Below are positions 47,367 to 58,923 of a DNA stretch of 64,000 bases, in pieces (the stretch's first letter is position 1; every line of letters begins with the position of its first letter). Origin of the DNA: an uncultured Clostridia bacterium (GTDB lineage Bacteria > Bacillota > Clostridia > Christensenellales > UBA1242); assembly GCA_944341445.1 (NCBI GenBank), contig CALVLZ010000003.1, forward strand, positions 156,448 to 220,447, in the 5' to 3' direction. Both the position numbers and the translations under genes were made by a program. The notes beneath the pieces were generated by a model. The model did not search any database, had not been told where the DNA came from, and was given only the letters and a program-made list of their open reading frames with translations.

Positions 47367-49589
47367 CTAAATTTTTTCGTGGAAAGTTCTTGAAATAACT
47401 TCTTGTTGTTGTTCTTTTGTTAATTTATTAAAGTTAACAGCGTATCCACTAACTCTTATTGTTAAGTTTGGATATTTGTTTGGGTTTTCCATTGCATCAA
47501 TCAACATTTCACGGTTTAAAACGTTAACGTTTAAGTGATGAGCATTTTGAACAAAATATCCATCTAACAAATCAACAAGTGTTGTTATTTGTTTATCTTT
47601 TGAATCTCCTAAAATGTTTGGAATAACACTGAATGTGTTAGAAATACCATCTTGGCAACAATCGTAGCAAATTTTTGCAACACTGTTTAAACTTGCTAAT
47701 GCACCAGAACAATCTCTTCCGTGCATTGGGTTAGCACCTGGAGCAAAAGGTTCGCCTTTCTTTCTTCCATCTGGTGTTGAACCTGTTTTCTTACCATACA
47801 TAACATTACTTGTTATTGTTAACAAAGATAATGTGTGTTTTGCATTTCTATAAGTTTTTGTTTTGCACAAATTTTTATAAAAATCTTCAACAAGTTCTTT
47901 AACTAAATTATCGACACGGTCATCATCGTTTCCGTATTTTGGATAATCGCCTGTTACTTTAAATTCAGTAATTAATCCACGTTCATCTTTTATTGCTTCA
48001 ACTTTTGCATATTTAATTGCACTTAATGAATCTGCTAAAACGCTTATTCCAGAAACACCAAAAGCCATTAATCTTTGAACATTAGTGTCATGCAAAGCCA
48101 TTGTTAATCTTTCGTAAGCATATTTATCGTGCATATAGTGAATTAAATTTAAAGTGTTAACATATAATTTTGCCATCCAAGCACTATATTTTTTATAAGC
48201 TTCATAAACTTCTTCAAAGTTTAAAACACCCTCGTTGAACACTTTTCCTTTTGGTGCAATTTGTGTTCCATAAATTTCATCTTTACCGCCATTTAAACTC
48301 ATTAATAAAACTTTTGGCAAGTTGCAACGTGCACCAAAATATTGCATTTGTTTGCCTTCTTTCATTGCACTTACACAGCAAGCAATTGCATAATCATCAC
48401 CAAATTTTGGTCTCATAACGTCATCATTTTCATATTGAATGCTATCAGTATCAATACTAACTTGTGCACAGAATCTTTTAAAGTTTTCTGGAAGTTTTTG
48501 ACTCCATAAAACTGTTATGTTAGGTTCGCTGCATGGTCCTAAGTTATATAGAGTGTTAAGAACACGATAAGCATTTTTTGTAACCATATGTTGACCACTT
48601 TCGCTTACGCCACCTTCACTCATAGTTACCCAAGTTGGGTCACCAGCAAATAATGAATTATATTCTGGAGTTCTTAAATGTCTAACTAATCTTAATTTAA
48701 TAATTAAATCATCAATTAATTCTTGTGCTTCAGATTCAGTTATTATTCCCTTTTCCAAATCGTGATTAATATAAATATCTAAGAATGTGCTAATTCTGCC
48801 AATGCTATTTGCTGCACCGTTTTGTTCTTTAACACTTCCTAAATATCCAAAATACAACCATTGAACTGCTTCTTTAGCATTTTGTGCAGGTTTAGAAATA
48901 TCTAAGCCATAAAGTCCTGCCATTTCTTTTAACTGTTTTAAAAAGTCAATTTGTTTAAATAATTCTTCAGATAGTCTAATATTTTCCTCAGACATATCTT
49001 TTTTGCCAATTTTTGCTTTATCTTTTTGTTTTTGTTCAATTAAGAAGTCAACACCATATAAAGCAACACGTCTATAATCACCAATTAATCTACCCCTGCC
49101 ATAAGCATCTGGAAGACCTGTTAAAATACCAGCGTGTCTTGCGTGCAACATATCTTCAGAATATGCTCTGAAAACTCCATCATTATGAGTTGTTTTATAT
49201 TTAAATTGTTCTTTGATGTTTGCACCTAATTCATAACCATATGCTTTGCATGCTTGTTCTGCCATTCTAATTCCACCAAATGGGTTAACAGCACGTCTTA
49301 GCGGAGCGTCTGTTTGCAAACCAACAATAATTTCGTGCTTTTTATCAATATATCCAGCAGGGAATGTTAACAAACTTGCAACTCTGTTTGTGTCAACATC
49401 CAAAACGCCGCCGTTTGCCATTTCTTTTGCAAACAAATCTTGAACTTTGTTATTTAATTCTTTTGTTCTTTCTGTTGGTCCTTGCAAGAAAGAACTATCC
49501 CCATCGTATGGAACAAAGTTGTTTTGAATAAAGTCTCTTACATCAATTTTTTTCTTCCAATTTTTACCTTTAAAATCATTCCAAATCAT
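47367..49589 (-). CDS. pflB: pyruvate formate-lyase (formate C-acetyltransferase)
   Basis: 740 aa with the glycyl-radical motif RVSGYAVNF near the C-terminus and the active-site CC in AIACCVSAM. Confidence 0.95.
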   Translation of the reverse strand: MIWNDFKGKNWKKKIDVRDFIQNNFVPYDGDSSFLQGPTERTKELNNKVQDLFAKEMANGGVLDVDTNRVASLLTFPAGYIDKKHEIIVGLQTDAPLRRAVNPFGGIRMAEQACKAYGYELGANIKEQFKYKTTHNDGVFRAYSEDMLHARHAGILTGLPDAYGRGRLIGDYRRVALYGVDFLIEQKQKDKAKIGKKDMSEENIRLSEELFKQIDFLKQLKEMAGLYGLDISKPAQNAKEAVQWLYFGYLGSVKEQNGAANSIGRISTFLDIYINHDLEKGIITESEAQELIDDLIIKLRLVRHLRTPEYNSLFAGDPTWVTMSEGGVSESGQHMVTKNAYRVLNTLYNLGPCSEPNITVLWSQKLPENFKRFCAQVSIDTDSIQYENDDVMRPKFGDDYAIACCVSAMKEGKQMQYFGARCNLPKVLLMSLNGGKDEIYGTQIAPKGKVFNEGVLNFEEVYEAYKKYSAWMAKLYVNTLNLIHYMHDKYAYERLTMALHDTNVQRLMAFGVSGISVLADSLSAIKYAKVEAIKDERGLITEFKVTGDYPKYGNDDDRVDNLVKELVEDFYKNLCKTKTYRNAKHTLSLLTITSNVMYGKKTGSTPDGRKKGEPFAPGANPMHGRDCSGALASLNSVAKICYDCCQDGISNTFSVIPNILGDSKDKQITTLVDLLDGYFVQNAHHLNVNVLNREMLIDAMENPNKYPNLTIRVSGYAVNFNKLTKEQQQEVISRTFHEKI

Positions 49590-49851
49590 AATTTACTCCA
49601 TTTAATTATTACAAATTTTGCCTTTTGCATACATAGAATATCAAATAATATTTTTATAGTAAAGCGATTTCGCAAAATATAAAAATTTTCTATATGTTGT
49701 TAATTTCTTGTGTTTAAACATAACAACAAACACAATATATTGTGTTCCAAAAATAGTTAATATTGCCACAATTTTACAAAAATGTTTATATTTACAAAAT
49801 GTAATTTTTTATGTTATAATTAAATAATAACTATTAGGTAGGTAACAAACT

Positions 49852-50382
49852 ATGAAAACAAACATATTACCAATTAGACTATGTGACGAAATTGAACAAG
49901 ACGTTAATAAATTAATAAGTTATTTTAAAAATAAAATAAAAAAAATAGAATTAACAGATAGAACTAAAAAAGAATTGTACTATGGAATAAATCCTAAACT
50001 TTTGTTAATTAATGTTGAAAAAATTTTGGAAAAAGTTGAAAATGAAGGTTTAAATATAGTAAAAGCAGAAAATGCTGTTAAATTAAAAACAGAAGCTTTT
50101 GAAACAAAATGTAAAAGAAAAAACATTGCAAAAAACAACGAAGAATTTATTTCCAAAGTTTTAGAAGCAAGCAAAAATTCCAATTCAGAAAAAGCACAAA
50201 CTTTTAGCAGACAAGCAGAACTTGACGAATGCAAAAAGATTATGCTTGGAATAATTGATGAAGTTAAACTAGCGCTTGATATGTATATTATATGGCCACT
50301 ATTTAACAAAAATGTTAAAGAAGAACTCGCTCAAGGCAAATTGCAATACAAAAATAATTCAAACAAAACAAACAAAAGATAA
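49852..50382 (+). CDS. hypothetical protein (helical)
   Basis: 176-aa ORF with no motif recognised. Confidence 0.5.
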   Translation: MKTNILPIRLCDEIEQDVNKLISYFKNKIKKIELTDRTKKELYYGINPKLLLINVEKILEKVENEGLNIVKAENAVKLKTEAFETKCKRKNIAKNNEEFISKVLEASKNSNSEKAQTFSRQAELDECKKIMLGIIDEVKLALDMYIIWPLFNKNVKEELAQGKLQYKNNSNKTNKR

Positions 50383-50387
50383 TTGTT

Positions 50388-50420
50388 AAAAAAATACCAC
50401 TACTTGGTGGTATTTTTTTT
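50388..50420. terminator. bidirectional intrinsic terminator overlapping the ATPase stop codon
   Basis: ATACCAC-tacttg-GTGGTAT hairpin flanked by A6 and T8. Confidence 0.75.
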
Positions 50421-53099
50421 CTTTTTTAAATACTTCCTAATAAAAATTTTTGTTATTTCCATAATTGGAACAATTAAGAAAGCAAAACCTAAACATATTA
50501 ACCATTGAACAGCGTTTAAGTCTGTTATTCCAAACGCTTCATGTAGAACTGTGATTGGCAATAACACAATAATTGAAGTTAATATAAAGTCAACAATAAA
50601 TGCAAAGTTCACCCACTTGTTACTAAATACTCCAATTTTAAAAATACTTTTATCTTCGCTTCTCATATTGTATGTATGGAATAGTTGAATAGTTACTAAT
50701 GTTACAAAACACATTGTTACAACAACATCATATGAAAATTTAAACGAATACAAACCTAAGAAGTAAACAGCAAAAACTAATAACGATTGCATTATGCCAT
50801 TAAAAATAATATTAAAACCAACGGTTCCTCTGAACAAGTGCCCACGGTTATCGTTCGGTGGTCGTTTTAAAACATCCTTTTCTGCTTTTTCACATCCTAA
50901 TGCCAAAGCAGTGAATGTGTCGGAAACAAAGTTTACCCATAATATTAGTGCAGCATTAAAAAATGGTCTTCCCATTATTGCCATAATTGTTGTTAGCAAA
51001 ATAAGCTCTGAAACTGCAGTACCTAACAAATATTGCACAATTTTTAAAACGTTAGAATAAATTCTTCTTCCTTCTTTAACCGCAGTTACAATTGTTGCAA
51101 AATTATCATCTGTTAAAACAACGTCTGCAACGCTTTTAGTAACATCTGTTCCTGTTATTCCCATTCCAACGCCAATATCAGCACTTTTAATGCTTGGAGC
51201 GTCATTAACACCATCACCTGTCATGGCAACAACTTTATTTTGTGCCTTAAAAGCTTTAACAATTTTAACCTTGTGTTCTGGGTTAACTCTTGCATAAACT
51301 CTATATTCACTAACTTTTGTTGCAAAATCTTCATCACTAATTTCATCAAGTTCTGCACCGGTTATAACTTGAAACTCATCTTCAGCAATACCCAACTCTT
51401 TGGCAATAGCAAAAGCTGTGTCTCTGTGGTCTCCTGTTATCATAATAGGAGTTATACCTGCTTCTTTACAAGTTTTAATTGCACTAATAACTTCTTTTCT
51501 TGGTGGGTCAATCATACCTGTTAAACCAACAAAAATTAAATCATTTTCTGTGCTTTTTACATCAATATTTTTAGGGTCTTTAACAACCTTATATGCATAA
51601 CCCAAAACTCTTAATGCGCTTAGTGCCATTTCGTGGTTAACATCTTCAATTAACTTTCTATCTTTTATTTCAAGTTCTCGCACTTTTCCATTATCTAAAA
51701 TATGAGTGCATTTATATAATAATTTATCAACAGCACCTTTAACAAATGCTACATTCTTTTTATCGATATTGTTAACAGTTGTCATAACCTTTCTTTCAGA
51801 ATCAAAAGGAATTTCGTTAACTCTTTTAAATTTTTTATCAAAGTCTATTTTGCTAAAACCAATTTCATTTCCATAATAAACAAGTGCTGTTTCTGTTGGG
51901 TCTCCAACACATTCTAATTTGCCATTATTTATTTTTGAAACTGTATCGTTGCAAAGCAACATTGCTTGCATTAATTTTTCAAAACTTTTGTTTTTTGTTA
52001 ATTCAGTTTTTAATTTCTCGTGGCTTAAGTTTTCTTGTTTTGAAATATCCATTCCTAAAGTGAAAACTTTTTTAACAACCATTTTATTTAATGTTAATGT
52101 TCCTGTTTTATCTGAACAAATAATTTGAGTGCTACCCAAAGTTTCCACTGCTGGCAACTTTCTAACAATTGCCTTTTCTTGGCTCATCTTTTTAACACCA
52201 ATAGACATTGTTATAGTAACCGCAGTTGGCAACCCTTCAGGAATTGCACAAACTGCAATTGCAATGGCTGTCATAAAACTTTCAACAACAGGTGTTCCGT
52301 TAACAATATCAATTATAAATATCATTATACAGATTGCAATAACTAAAACACTTATGATTTTGCTAGTTTTATTCAATCTTTTTGTTATTGGTGTTTGCTC
52401 TTCTTTTTCAGATTCCAAAGCACCTGCAATTTTTCCCATTTCTGTGTTCATACCAATTCTAACAACAACACCATGTGCTCTGCCATATGTTACAGTGCTA
52501 CCCATAAACGCCATATTTAATTGGTCACCAAGTGGCACAACATTTTCTGTTATTAAATTGATATTTTTTTCAACAGGCACACTTTCGCCTGTTAGCATGC
52601 TTTCTTCAATTTTTAAACTTGCACATTCAAAAAGTCTTAAGTCTGCAGGAACTATATCTCCCGCCTCTAAAATAACAACATCACCAACAACCAAATCTTC
52701 TGTTTTAATTTTTTGAATTTTTCCATCTCTTAAAACTTTGGCATATGGTTTTGTTATCTTTTTTAGGTTCTCCATTGTTTTTTCAGCATTATTTTCCTGC
52801 ACTAATCCGATTATTGCATTCAACAACACAACAAACATTATAATTCCAGCATCCAATAATTCGCTTGCGCTTTTTTCAACAATTGCAATAACAACGCTTA
52901 TTAAACAAGAAACCAACAAAATTAAAATTAAAACATCTTTAAATTGTTCTAAAAATTTAACAAATAAACTTTTTTTCTTTTTTTCTTGCAAAACATTTTT
53001 GCCTTGCTGTTGTTGGCGAATTAATGCTTCTTGCTCACTTAAACCATTTTCACTTGATTTAACACTTAAAAACACATCTTCAATTGTTTTGTTAAACAT
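50400..53099 (-). CDS. P-type ATPase, Ca2+-transporting (type IIA/PacL-like)
   Basis: TGES, the phosphorylation site CSDKTGTLT, the TGDGVNDAPS hinge, and PEGLP in M4. About 10 TM helices, 899 aa. Confidence 0.92.
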   Translation of the reverse strand: MFNKTIEDVFLSVKSSENGLSEQEALIRQQQQGKNVLQEKKKKSLFVKFLEQFKDVLILILLVSCLISVVIAIVEKSASELLDAGIIMFVVLLNAIIGLVQENNAEKTMENLKKITKPYAKVLRDGKIQKIKTEDLVVGDVVILEAGDIVPADLRLFECASLKIEESMLTGESVPVEKNINLITENVVPLGDQLNMAFMGSTVTYGRAHGVVVRIGMNTEMGKIAGALESEKEEQTPITKRLNKTSKIISVLVIAICIMIFIIDIVNGTPVVESFMTAIAIAVCAIPEGLPTAVTITMSIGVKKMSQEKAIVRKLPAVETLGSTQIICSDKTGTLTLNKMVVKKVFTLGMDISKQENLSHEKLKTELTKNKSFEKLMQAMLLCNDTVSKINNGKLECVGDPTETALVYYGNEIGFSKIDFDKKFKRVNEIPFDSERKVMTTVNNIDKKNVAFVKGAVDKLLYKCTHILDNGKVRELEIKDRKLIEDVNHEMALSALRVLGYAYKVVKDPKNIDVKSTENDLIFVGLTGMIDPPRKEVISAIKTCKEAGITPIMITGDHRDTAFAIAKELGIAEDEFQVITGAELDEISDEDFATKVSEYRVYARVNPEHKVKIVKAFKAQNKVVAMTGDGVNDAPSIKSADIGVGMGITGTDVTKSVADVVLTDDNFATIVTAVKEGRRIYSNVLKIVQYLLGTAVSELILLTTIMAIMGRPFFNAALILWVNFVSDTFTALALGCEKAEKDVLKRPPNDNRGHLFRGTVGFNIIFNGIMQSLLVFAVYFLGLYSFKFSYDVVVTMCFVTLVTIQLFHTYNMRSEDKSIFKIGVFSNKWVNFAFIVDFILTSIIVLLPITVLHEAFGITDLNAVQWLICLGFAFLIVPIMEITKIFIRKYLKKKKNTTK

Positions 53100-53146
53100 A
53101 AAATCTACCTTTTCCCTTATTAAAAATTAAAGCCCTTTAAAAGGGT

Positions 53147-54130
53147 TTAATCTTGTTTTTTAGAACGACGTTTATTTATTTGAGCTTTTGTTTCTGCCTT
53201 CATTTCTTTAACATTTATTTTTAATTGTTTCTTTTCTTGCTTTATCATTAATTTATCTTTTTTGTTATCATCCATTATAGCAGCGTTACCATCATTAAAG
53301 TAAATAATACCTATTGTGTTTTGTCCACAATGTGATGTAACAGTTGCACCAGCAGTTGCTTCAATTATATTTTCAAAATTTGCATTTTCTTTTATAACTT
53401 TATAAGCTGCTTCAATCATTTCTGGAGTTGCTGTTGAATATGTTAAAAAGCAATATTTTAAATCTGGTGTGCTAAATTCTGCAAAAGTATCTTTAACATA
53501 ACTTTTAACAACATCTTCCATTTTGCCACGATATTTTTTATGCATACCCATTTTGCCATTGCTTAAAATTATGCTTGGTCTTATTTTTAATAAATTTGCA
53601 CCTAATAATTGCAAGCTTGAGCATCTGCCACCTTTATGCAAATAATCTAATTTTTCAATAACAAAACTTGTTTGAACAGCACTTCTTCTTGCGTTAACTT
53701 TTTCAACAATTGTTTTAACATCTTCACCTTTTTGAATAAGTTCACTTGCATAAAGCAATAATAAACCAATTCCTGTTGTTAAATTTAATGTGTCAATAAC
53801 ATAAACATTATCAAAATTTTTAGATGCATTAACAGCATTATTATATGTTGAAGAAATTTCACTTGAAATGCACATATGAATAACAGCATCTGCATTTTCC
53901 AACATTTTTTTAAAAAACTCTGTGTAATCATATTCATTTATTGCATTTGTTTTTGGCAAAATTTTATTTTCTTTAACATATTCAAAAATCAATTTTGGAG
54001 TTATATCAATTCCATCAAATTTTAATTCATCCCCAAGAGTTATTCCAAAAGGAATTACTGTTATGTTATTTTTTATTAACAACTCTTTTGGTAAATCACA
54101 AACACTATCACTAGTTAAAACAATTTTCAT
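53147..54130 (-). CDS. DegV family fatty-acid-binding protein with Lys-rich C-terminal tail
   Basis: MKIVLTSDSVCDLP start and typical DegV length and pattern, plus a basic extension of about 45 aa. Confidence 0.85.
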   Translation of the reverse strand: MKIVLTSDSVCDLPKELLIKNNITVIPFGITLGDELKFDGIDITPKLIFEYVKENKILPKTNAINEYDYTEFFKKMLENADAVIHMCISSEISSTYNNAVNASKNFDNVYVIDTLNLTTGIGLLLLYASELIQKGEDVKTIVEKVNARRSAVQTSFVIEKLDYLHKGGRCSSLQLLGANLLKIRPSIILSNGKMGMHKKYRGKMEDVVKSYVKDTFAEFSTPDLKYCFLTYSTATPEMIEAAYKVIKENANFENIIEATAGATVTSHCGQNTIGIIYFNDGNAAIMDDNKKDKLMIKQEKKQLKINVKEMKAETKAQINKRRSKKQD

Positions 54131-54233
54131 ATTTCACCTTTAAAATTTTTATTTGCTTAAAAATAATATAATTATTAAGCCTAATAAAGTATATTATATT
54201 CAAAATATATAGTCAAATTTTAAGTTTAACATT

Positions 54234-54707
54234 TTAAATATTATTAACTTTATTTAAAAAATCAACAATAAATTTTCTGTCGAAAAGCTTAACATTATTT
54301 TTTTCTGCCAAACTTATTGCGCTTTTTGAAAAGTGCCAATTGGTTATAACACAAGCATCTTTAATTTTATAATATTTTCTAGCTGCAACAATTTCTTGAA
54401 CTGCAGAATTCCCAACTAAATGGTTATAATACAACTTTGTTTGAACAATCATTTTTCTAAACCATTTTTTTGCAATAATATCCGCACCATAATCGTGGCT
54501 CTTTGGAGTTTTTTTAGTTTTCCAACCATAATATTGTAAAATTAAACAAACAATTTCTTCAAATTCTTCTCCATTTATTGCATCGATATTATCAATAGAA
54601 ACTTCAAAAAAAGCACTCTTTATTTTGCCTTTTTTATAGTTTGTATATTTTATAACAAACAACACAATAAGTATTATAAAAATAACACTAAAGATAAAAT
54701 ACCACAT
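54234..54707 (-). CDS. membrane-anchored restriction-endonuclease-fold (Mrr_cat-like) protein
   Basis: One N-terminal TM helix, then FEEIVCLILQYYGW...DYGADIIAKK...IVQTKLY, a D-(x)n-(Q/E)xK PD-(D/E)xK-type core as in Mrr N-terminal-less nucleases. Confidence 0.65.
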   Translation of the reverse strand: MWYFIFSVIFIILIVLFVIKYTNYKKGKIKSAFFEVSIDNIDAINGEEFEEIVCLILQYYGWKTKKTPKSHDYGADIIAKKWFRKMIVQTKLYYNHLVGNSAVQEIVAARKYYKIKDACVITNWHFSKSAISLAEKNNVKLFDRKFIVDFLNKVNNI

Positions 54708-54798
54708 AATTCACCTTTCTTTTTATTATAATTATTATACATAAAATCAAAAATTTAACAAAGAATTAACATTGTAAAAAAATAAAAAGTAAGTTGTC

Positions 54799-57183
54799 TT
54801 ACTTTTTATTTTCTTCAGGAGTATGCCATTTCCAAGAAGTAACTTCCGGCATATCTTCGCCATACTCTGCAATATAGTTTTTATGTTTAACAAGCAAATT
54901 CTTCATTTTTTGAATTAAATGGTCATCTTTTGTTTCGTAATGCAATTTGTATAGTGCAGAAATAACCAAATTAAATCTATCAACTTTGTTTTGAACTCTC
55001 ATATCAAAAGGAGTTGTTATTGTTCCTTCTTCCATATATCCAAAAACATTAAAGTTTTTATTATTTCTATCACGAATAAGTTCGTAAATCAATTTTGGAT
55101 AACCGTGGAAAACAAATATAACAGGTTTGTTTTTTGTGAAAATGTTATCAAATTCTTCTTGAGATAATCCGTGAGGATGTTCTTCTTTGTTTTCTAGTTT
55201 AAATAAATCAACAACATTAACAAATCTAATTTTTATATCTTTTAATTCATCTCTTAAAATTGTTGTTGTTGCAAGTGCTTCTAGTGTTGCAGTGTCACCA
55301 CAACTTGCAATTACTATATCCGGGTCTTGACCTTGGTCATTGCTTGCAAAATCCCAAATCCCAATTCCCTGAGTGCAATGTTTAACGGCTTGTTCCATTG
55401 TTAACCATTGATAACTTGGATGTTTTGAAGCCACAATAACATTAATATAATTTTTAGTTTTAACAATATGGTCAAAACAAGATATTAAACAGTTTGCATC
55501 TGCTGGCAAATAAATTCTTGCAACATCTGATTTTTTGTTTGCAACGTGGTCTAAGAAACCAGGGTCTTGATGAGTGTATCCGTTATGGTCTTGTTGCCAA
55601 ACGTTAGAAGTTAACAATAAATTTAAAGAAGAAATTGGTCTTCTCCAAGGCAATTCGTTGCAAACTTTTAACCATTTTGCATGTTGTGAAACCATTGAAT
55701 CAACAACTCTAATAAACGCTTCATAGCTTGCAAAAGCACCATGTCTGCCTGTTAAAATATACCCTTCAAGCATACCTTCACATAAGTGTTCAGATAAATA
55801 AGAGTCCATAATTCTTCCATCTTTGCTTAAAGAAACATCTGTGCTTAAAATTTCTGCATTAAAATCTCTGTTAATACCTTCAAACATATGATAAAGCCTA
55901 TTACTCATAGCTTCATCTGGACACCATAATCTAAAGTTTTTATTATCCCAATTTAGCTTATAAACATCACGAATATATCCGCTTAGTTCAAGCATGTCTT
56001 GCGCTTTAACAGAACCAGGGCTTGGAACATCAACTGCGTAATTTTTGAAATTTGGCAAACGCAATTCTTGAAGCATATTTCCGCCATTAGTATTAGGGTT
56101 TGCACTTATTCTTTTGTTACCTGTTGGACAAATTTGAGCAAATCTTTTCTTTAGTTTATAGTTTTCATCAAATAATTCGTCTGGATTATAACTTAGTAAC
56201 CATTCTTTTAACAAATCCATATGTTCAGGCTTATCCATTGTGATTGGAATTTGATGAGCTCTAAAACTGCCTTCAATTGTTTGACCATCAACAACCTTTG
56301 GTCCTGTCCAACCTTTTGGAGTCCTTAAAACAATCATAGGATAAAATGGTCTGGCCATATTTTTATTTTTCTTTGCTTGTGTTTTAATTTTTTCAATATC
56401 TTCAATGCACGCATCCATTGCTTTGGCCATAATTTTGTGCATTTTCATAACGTCATTGCCTTCAACAAAATATGGTTTCCAGCCACAACCGTGAAAGAAA
56501 TTTTCAACTTCTTTTTTGCTAATTCTTGAAAAAATTGTTGGATTTGAAATTTTATATCCGTTCAAATGTAAAATTGGCAAAACAACACCATCTGTTGCAG
56601 GGTTCAAAAATTTGTTTCCGTGCCAAGATGTTGCAAGAGGCCCTGTTTCTGCCTCCCCATCGCCAACAATAACTGTTGCAATCAAACTTGGATTATCTAA
56701 AACAGCACCAAAAGCATGCGCTAAAGAATAACCCAATTCCCCACCTTCGTGAATAGAACCAGGAGTTTCTGGAGCAACGTGGCTAGATACTCCACAAGGG
56801 AATGAAAATTGTTTGCATAACTTTGTCATTCCGTCTTTATCTAATCCAACGTTTGGATAAACTTCACTATATCTTCCTTCTAAGTAACTATTGCTTAAAA
56901 AGAAATTACCACCATGCCCTGGACCAGAAATTAAAAGCATATTTGTGTTATATTTGTTTATAACCCTATCTAAATGAGCATAAACGAAGTTTTGCCCAGG
57001 AACGGTTCCCCAATGACCAACTATTTTTTTCTTAATATGCTCTGGTTTTAGCGGGTCCCTTAATAATGGGTTGCCTTTTAAATATAATTGAGCAACGCTT
57101 AAATAATTAGCGGCCCTAAAATAACCATTTAAGTTATAAAAATATTCTTCACTTGAAAATTCATCAACTTTTTTGTTAAACAT
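54799..57183 (-). CDS. xfp: xylulose-5-phosphate/fructose-6-phosphate phosphoketolase
   Basis: GHWGTVPGQNF and the EGGELGY signature, about 794 aa. Start moved to MFNKKVDEF (ATG 57183), which has GAGAGGA upstream. Confidence 0.93.
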   Translation of the reverse strand: MFNKKVDEFSSEEYFYNLNGYFRAANYLSVAQLYLKGNPLLRDPLKPEHIKKKIVGHWGTVPGQNFVYAHLDRVINKYNTNMLLISGPGHGGNFFLSNSYLEGRYSEVYPNVGLDKDGMTKLCKQFSFPCGVSSHVAPETPGSIHEGGELGYSLAHAFGAVLDNPSLIATVIVGDGEAETGPLATSWHGNKFLNPATDGVVLPILHLNGYKISNPTIFSRISKKEVENFFHGCGWKPYFVEGNDVMKMHKIMAKAMDACIEDIEKIKTQAKKNKNMARPFYPMIVLRTPKGWTGPKVVDGQTIEGSFRAHQIPITMDKPEHMDLLKEWLLSYNPDELFDENYKLKKRFAQICPTGNKRISANPNTNGGNMLQELRLPNFKNYAVDVPSPGSVKAQDMLELSGYIRDVYKLNWDNKNFRLWCPDEAMSNRLYHMFEGINRDFNAEILSTDVSLSKDGRIMDSYLSEHLCEGMLEGYILTGRHGAFASYEAFIRVVDSMVSQHAKWLKVCNELPWRRPISSLNLLLTSNVWQQDHNGYTHQDPGFLDHVANKKSDVARIYLPADANCLISCFDHIVKTKNYINVIVASKHPSYQWLTMEQAVKHCTQGIGIWDFASNDQGQDPDIVIASCGDTATLEALATTTILRDELKDIKIRFVNVVDLFKLENKEEHPHGLSQEEFDNIFTKNKPVIFVFHGYPKLIYELIRDRNNKNFNVFGYMEEGTITTPFDMRVQNKVDRFNLVISALYKLHYETKDDHLIQKMKNLLVKHKNYIAEYGEDMPEVTSWKWHTPEENKK

Positions 57184-57268
57184 TTTTTCCTCTCTATTTT
57201 GCAATTATTTCTTATTTTAATACATTTTATAAATTTTTCCTAAAAATTTTTAACACTTTAAGTAAAGT

Positions 57269-58108
57269 TTAACTTGTTTTTTTGTTTATTAGCTTTTTTA
57301 AAACAAATATTGTAAAACTGCAAGTTATATTTAATTCGTTAACACTTTCCAATTTGTCTTTTTGAACATTGCTTGATGTGTAAAAATACGGTGTCATTTT
57401 AAACAAATTTTGCAAATCTTCTTTGTTCGAAATTTGTATTGTATATTTTAAATTTAACTTATCCACAATTTTAAATTTGTTAAGCATATAATTAACAAAA
57501 TCTTTTTCTTCTAAATTAATAACTTTTTCATATAAAACATTTTTTAATTCTTTTAAATGTTCGCTACCTGCACACACAACAATAACAAGTCCATCATCTT
57601 TTAAAACCCTTTCGAACTCTGTTGTGTTAAAAGGTGCAAAAACGTTAGTTATAAAGTCCACAGACTTACTCCCAATTGGCAACGAATTAACACTTGAAAC
57701 AACATATTGAATTTTATTGTTTTTAACCGCCTTATGAATTGCAACCTTTGAAATATCCACTCCAAAAATTTTTGCATTTAAGTTTTCAACTTTTGCAAGA
57801 TTATTTGTATAATACCCCTCTCCACAGCCAGCATCCAAAACAACAATTTCATTATTTGTGTTAGAGATATTTTTAATAACAATTTTGTTTAATTCTTCGC
57901 TTAAAGGTTTGTAATAATCTTTTTCTAAAAACAATTTCCTTGCATTAATCATAATTTCGTTATCGCCAGGGTTTAAACTGTTTTTTTGGTTTGCAAGCAT
58001 TAAATTAACGTAACCTTTTTTAGCAATATCAAAAGTGTGTTTATTCGAACACACAAATTGATTATTGCTTTTAATTAATAAATTTTTACATTTAGGACAA
58101 ATCAACAT
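57269..58108 (-). CDS. rlmA: 23S rRNA (guanine-N1)-methyltransferase, RlmA-like
   Basis: N-terminal zinc ribbon CPKC...CSNKHTFDIAKKGYVNLM and the SAM motif VLDAGCGEGYY. Confidence 0.75.
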   Translation of the reverse strand: MLICPKCKNLLIKSNNQFVCSNKHTFDIAKKGYVNLMLANQKNSLNPGDNEIMINARKLFLEKDYYKPLSEELNKIVIKNISNTNNEIVVLDAGCGEGYYTNNLAKVENLNAKIFGVDISKVAIHKAVKNNKIQYVVSSVNSLPIGSKSVDFITNVFAPFNTTEFERVLKDDGLVIVVCAGSEHLKELKNVLYEKVINLEEKDFVNYMLNKFKIVDKLNLKYTIQISNKEDLQNLFKMTPYFYTSSNVQKDKLESVNELNITCSFTIFVLKKLINKKTS

Positions 58109-58284
58109 ATTAACACCATAAAAAAATTAATCATAAATATAACTAAAACAATTTATATTTTAATATAATTTATTTTACAAAATTTTAAAACAGTTGTAAA
58201 ATTATAACAATAAAGTTTGTTAGTATTTACTTGTCATATGGCAAATATTATGCTAAACTTTCAATAATAAAAAAGGAGTTAATT

Positions 58285-58611
58285 ATGGCAACAAATCAAA
58301 ACAAAAAAACAACTACAAAAACAACTACTACAACAAGAAAATCAAGCACTTTTTGGGGGTTGAACAAAATTTCAATGTACACAATAGTTGCTGTTGCAAT
58401 TTTGTATGTAATTTCACTATTGCTAGCTTGTGTTAATGTTAACCTAAAAGTTGTTAGTGCTTTGCAAGGTGTTGCAACTGCAATTATGATTTCTATTGTT
58501 GCAGTTTTAGCTTGGCGTTATGTTAAAGCAAAACCTGCGGTTTGGAAAGTTTTATATGTTATTTGTTTATTACTTGTTATAGTTGGAATTATTGTTCCAC
58601 TAGTTATTTAA
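58285..58611 (+). CDS. small three-TM membrane protein with Thr/Lys-rich N-terminus
   Basis: AAGGAG lies 7 nt upstream of the ATG at 58285 (MATNQNKKTTTK). Three hydrophobic helices. Confidence 0.55.
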   Translation: MATNQNKKTTTKTTTTTRKSSTFWGLNKISMYTIVAVAILYVISLLLACVNVNLKVVSALQGVATAIMISIVAVLAWRYVKAKPAVWKVLYVICLLLVIVGIIVPLVI

Positions 58612-58616
58612 TGCGT

Positions 58617-58641
58617 AAAATGGGCCCACTGCCCATTTTTT
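58617..58641 (+). terminator. intrinsic terminator
   Basis: AAAATGGGC-ccact-GCCCATTTT hairpin with T-run. Confidence 0.8.
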
Positions 58642-58770
58642 GCTTTTTATAACTAAATAAAAATATCATTGTTTTTTAATTTATATAGTACATATATTCT
58701 TAAAAATTTTGATATGTCAAAGTATAGTTAAAACTATATTTGCATATAAATTTTAAAAGGAGGTTGCAAA

Positions 58771-58923
58771 ATGAAATCTTACTTTAATTGGTGGGATGAT
58801 GGTTCTGATGAAATTATAGACGAAACCACTACAACATATCCACTTGGCGATGACGATATCGACGAGGAAATAAGCTTTCCTACCTCAATTTATGATTCTG
58901 GCATTTACATAGATGAAGATTAA
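58771..58923 (+). CDS. hyper-acidic mini-protein, divergent member of the tandem family (50 aa)
   Basis: AAGGAGG lies 7 nt upstream of the ATG. Product MKSYFNWWDDGSDEIIDETTTTYPLGDDDIDEEISFPTSIYDSGIYIDED. It shares YP-x-(D/G)DD-x-D...GIY...acidic tail with the three downstream copies. Below the ORF-track size cut-off. Confidence 0.5.
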   Translation: MKSYFNWWDDGSDEIIDETTTTYPLGDDDIDEEISFPTSIYDSGIYIDED

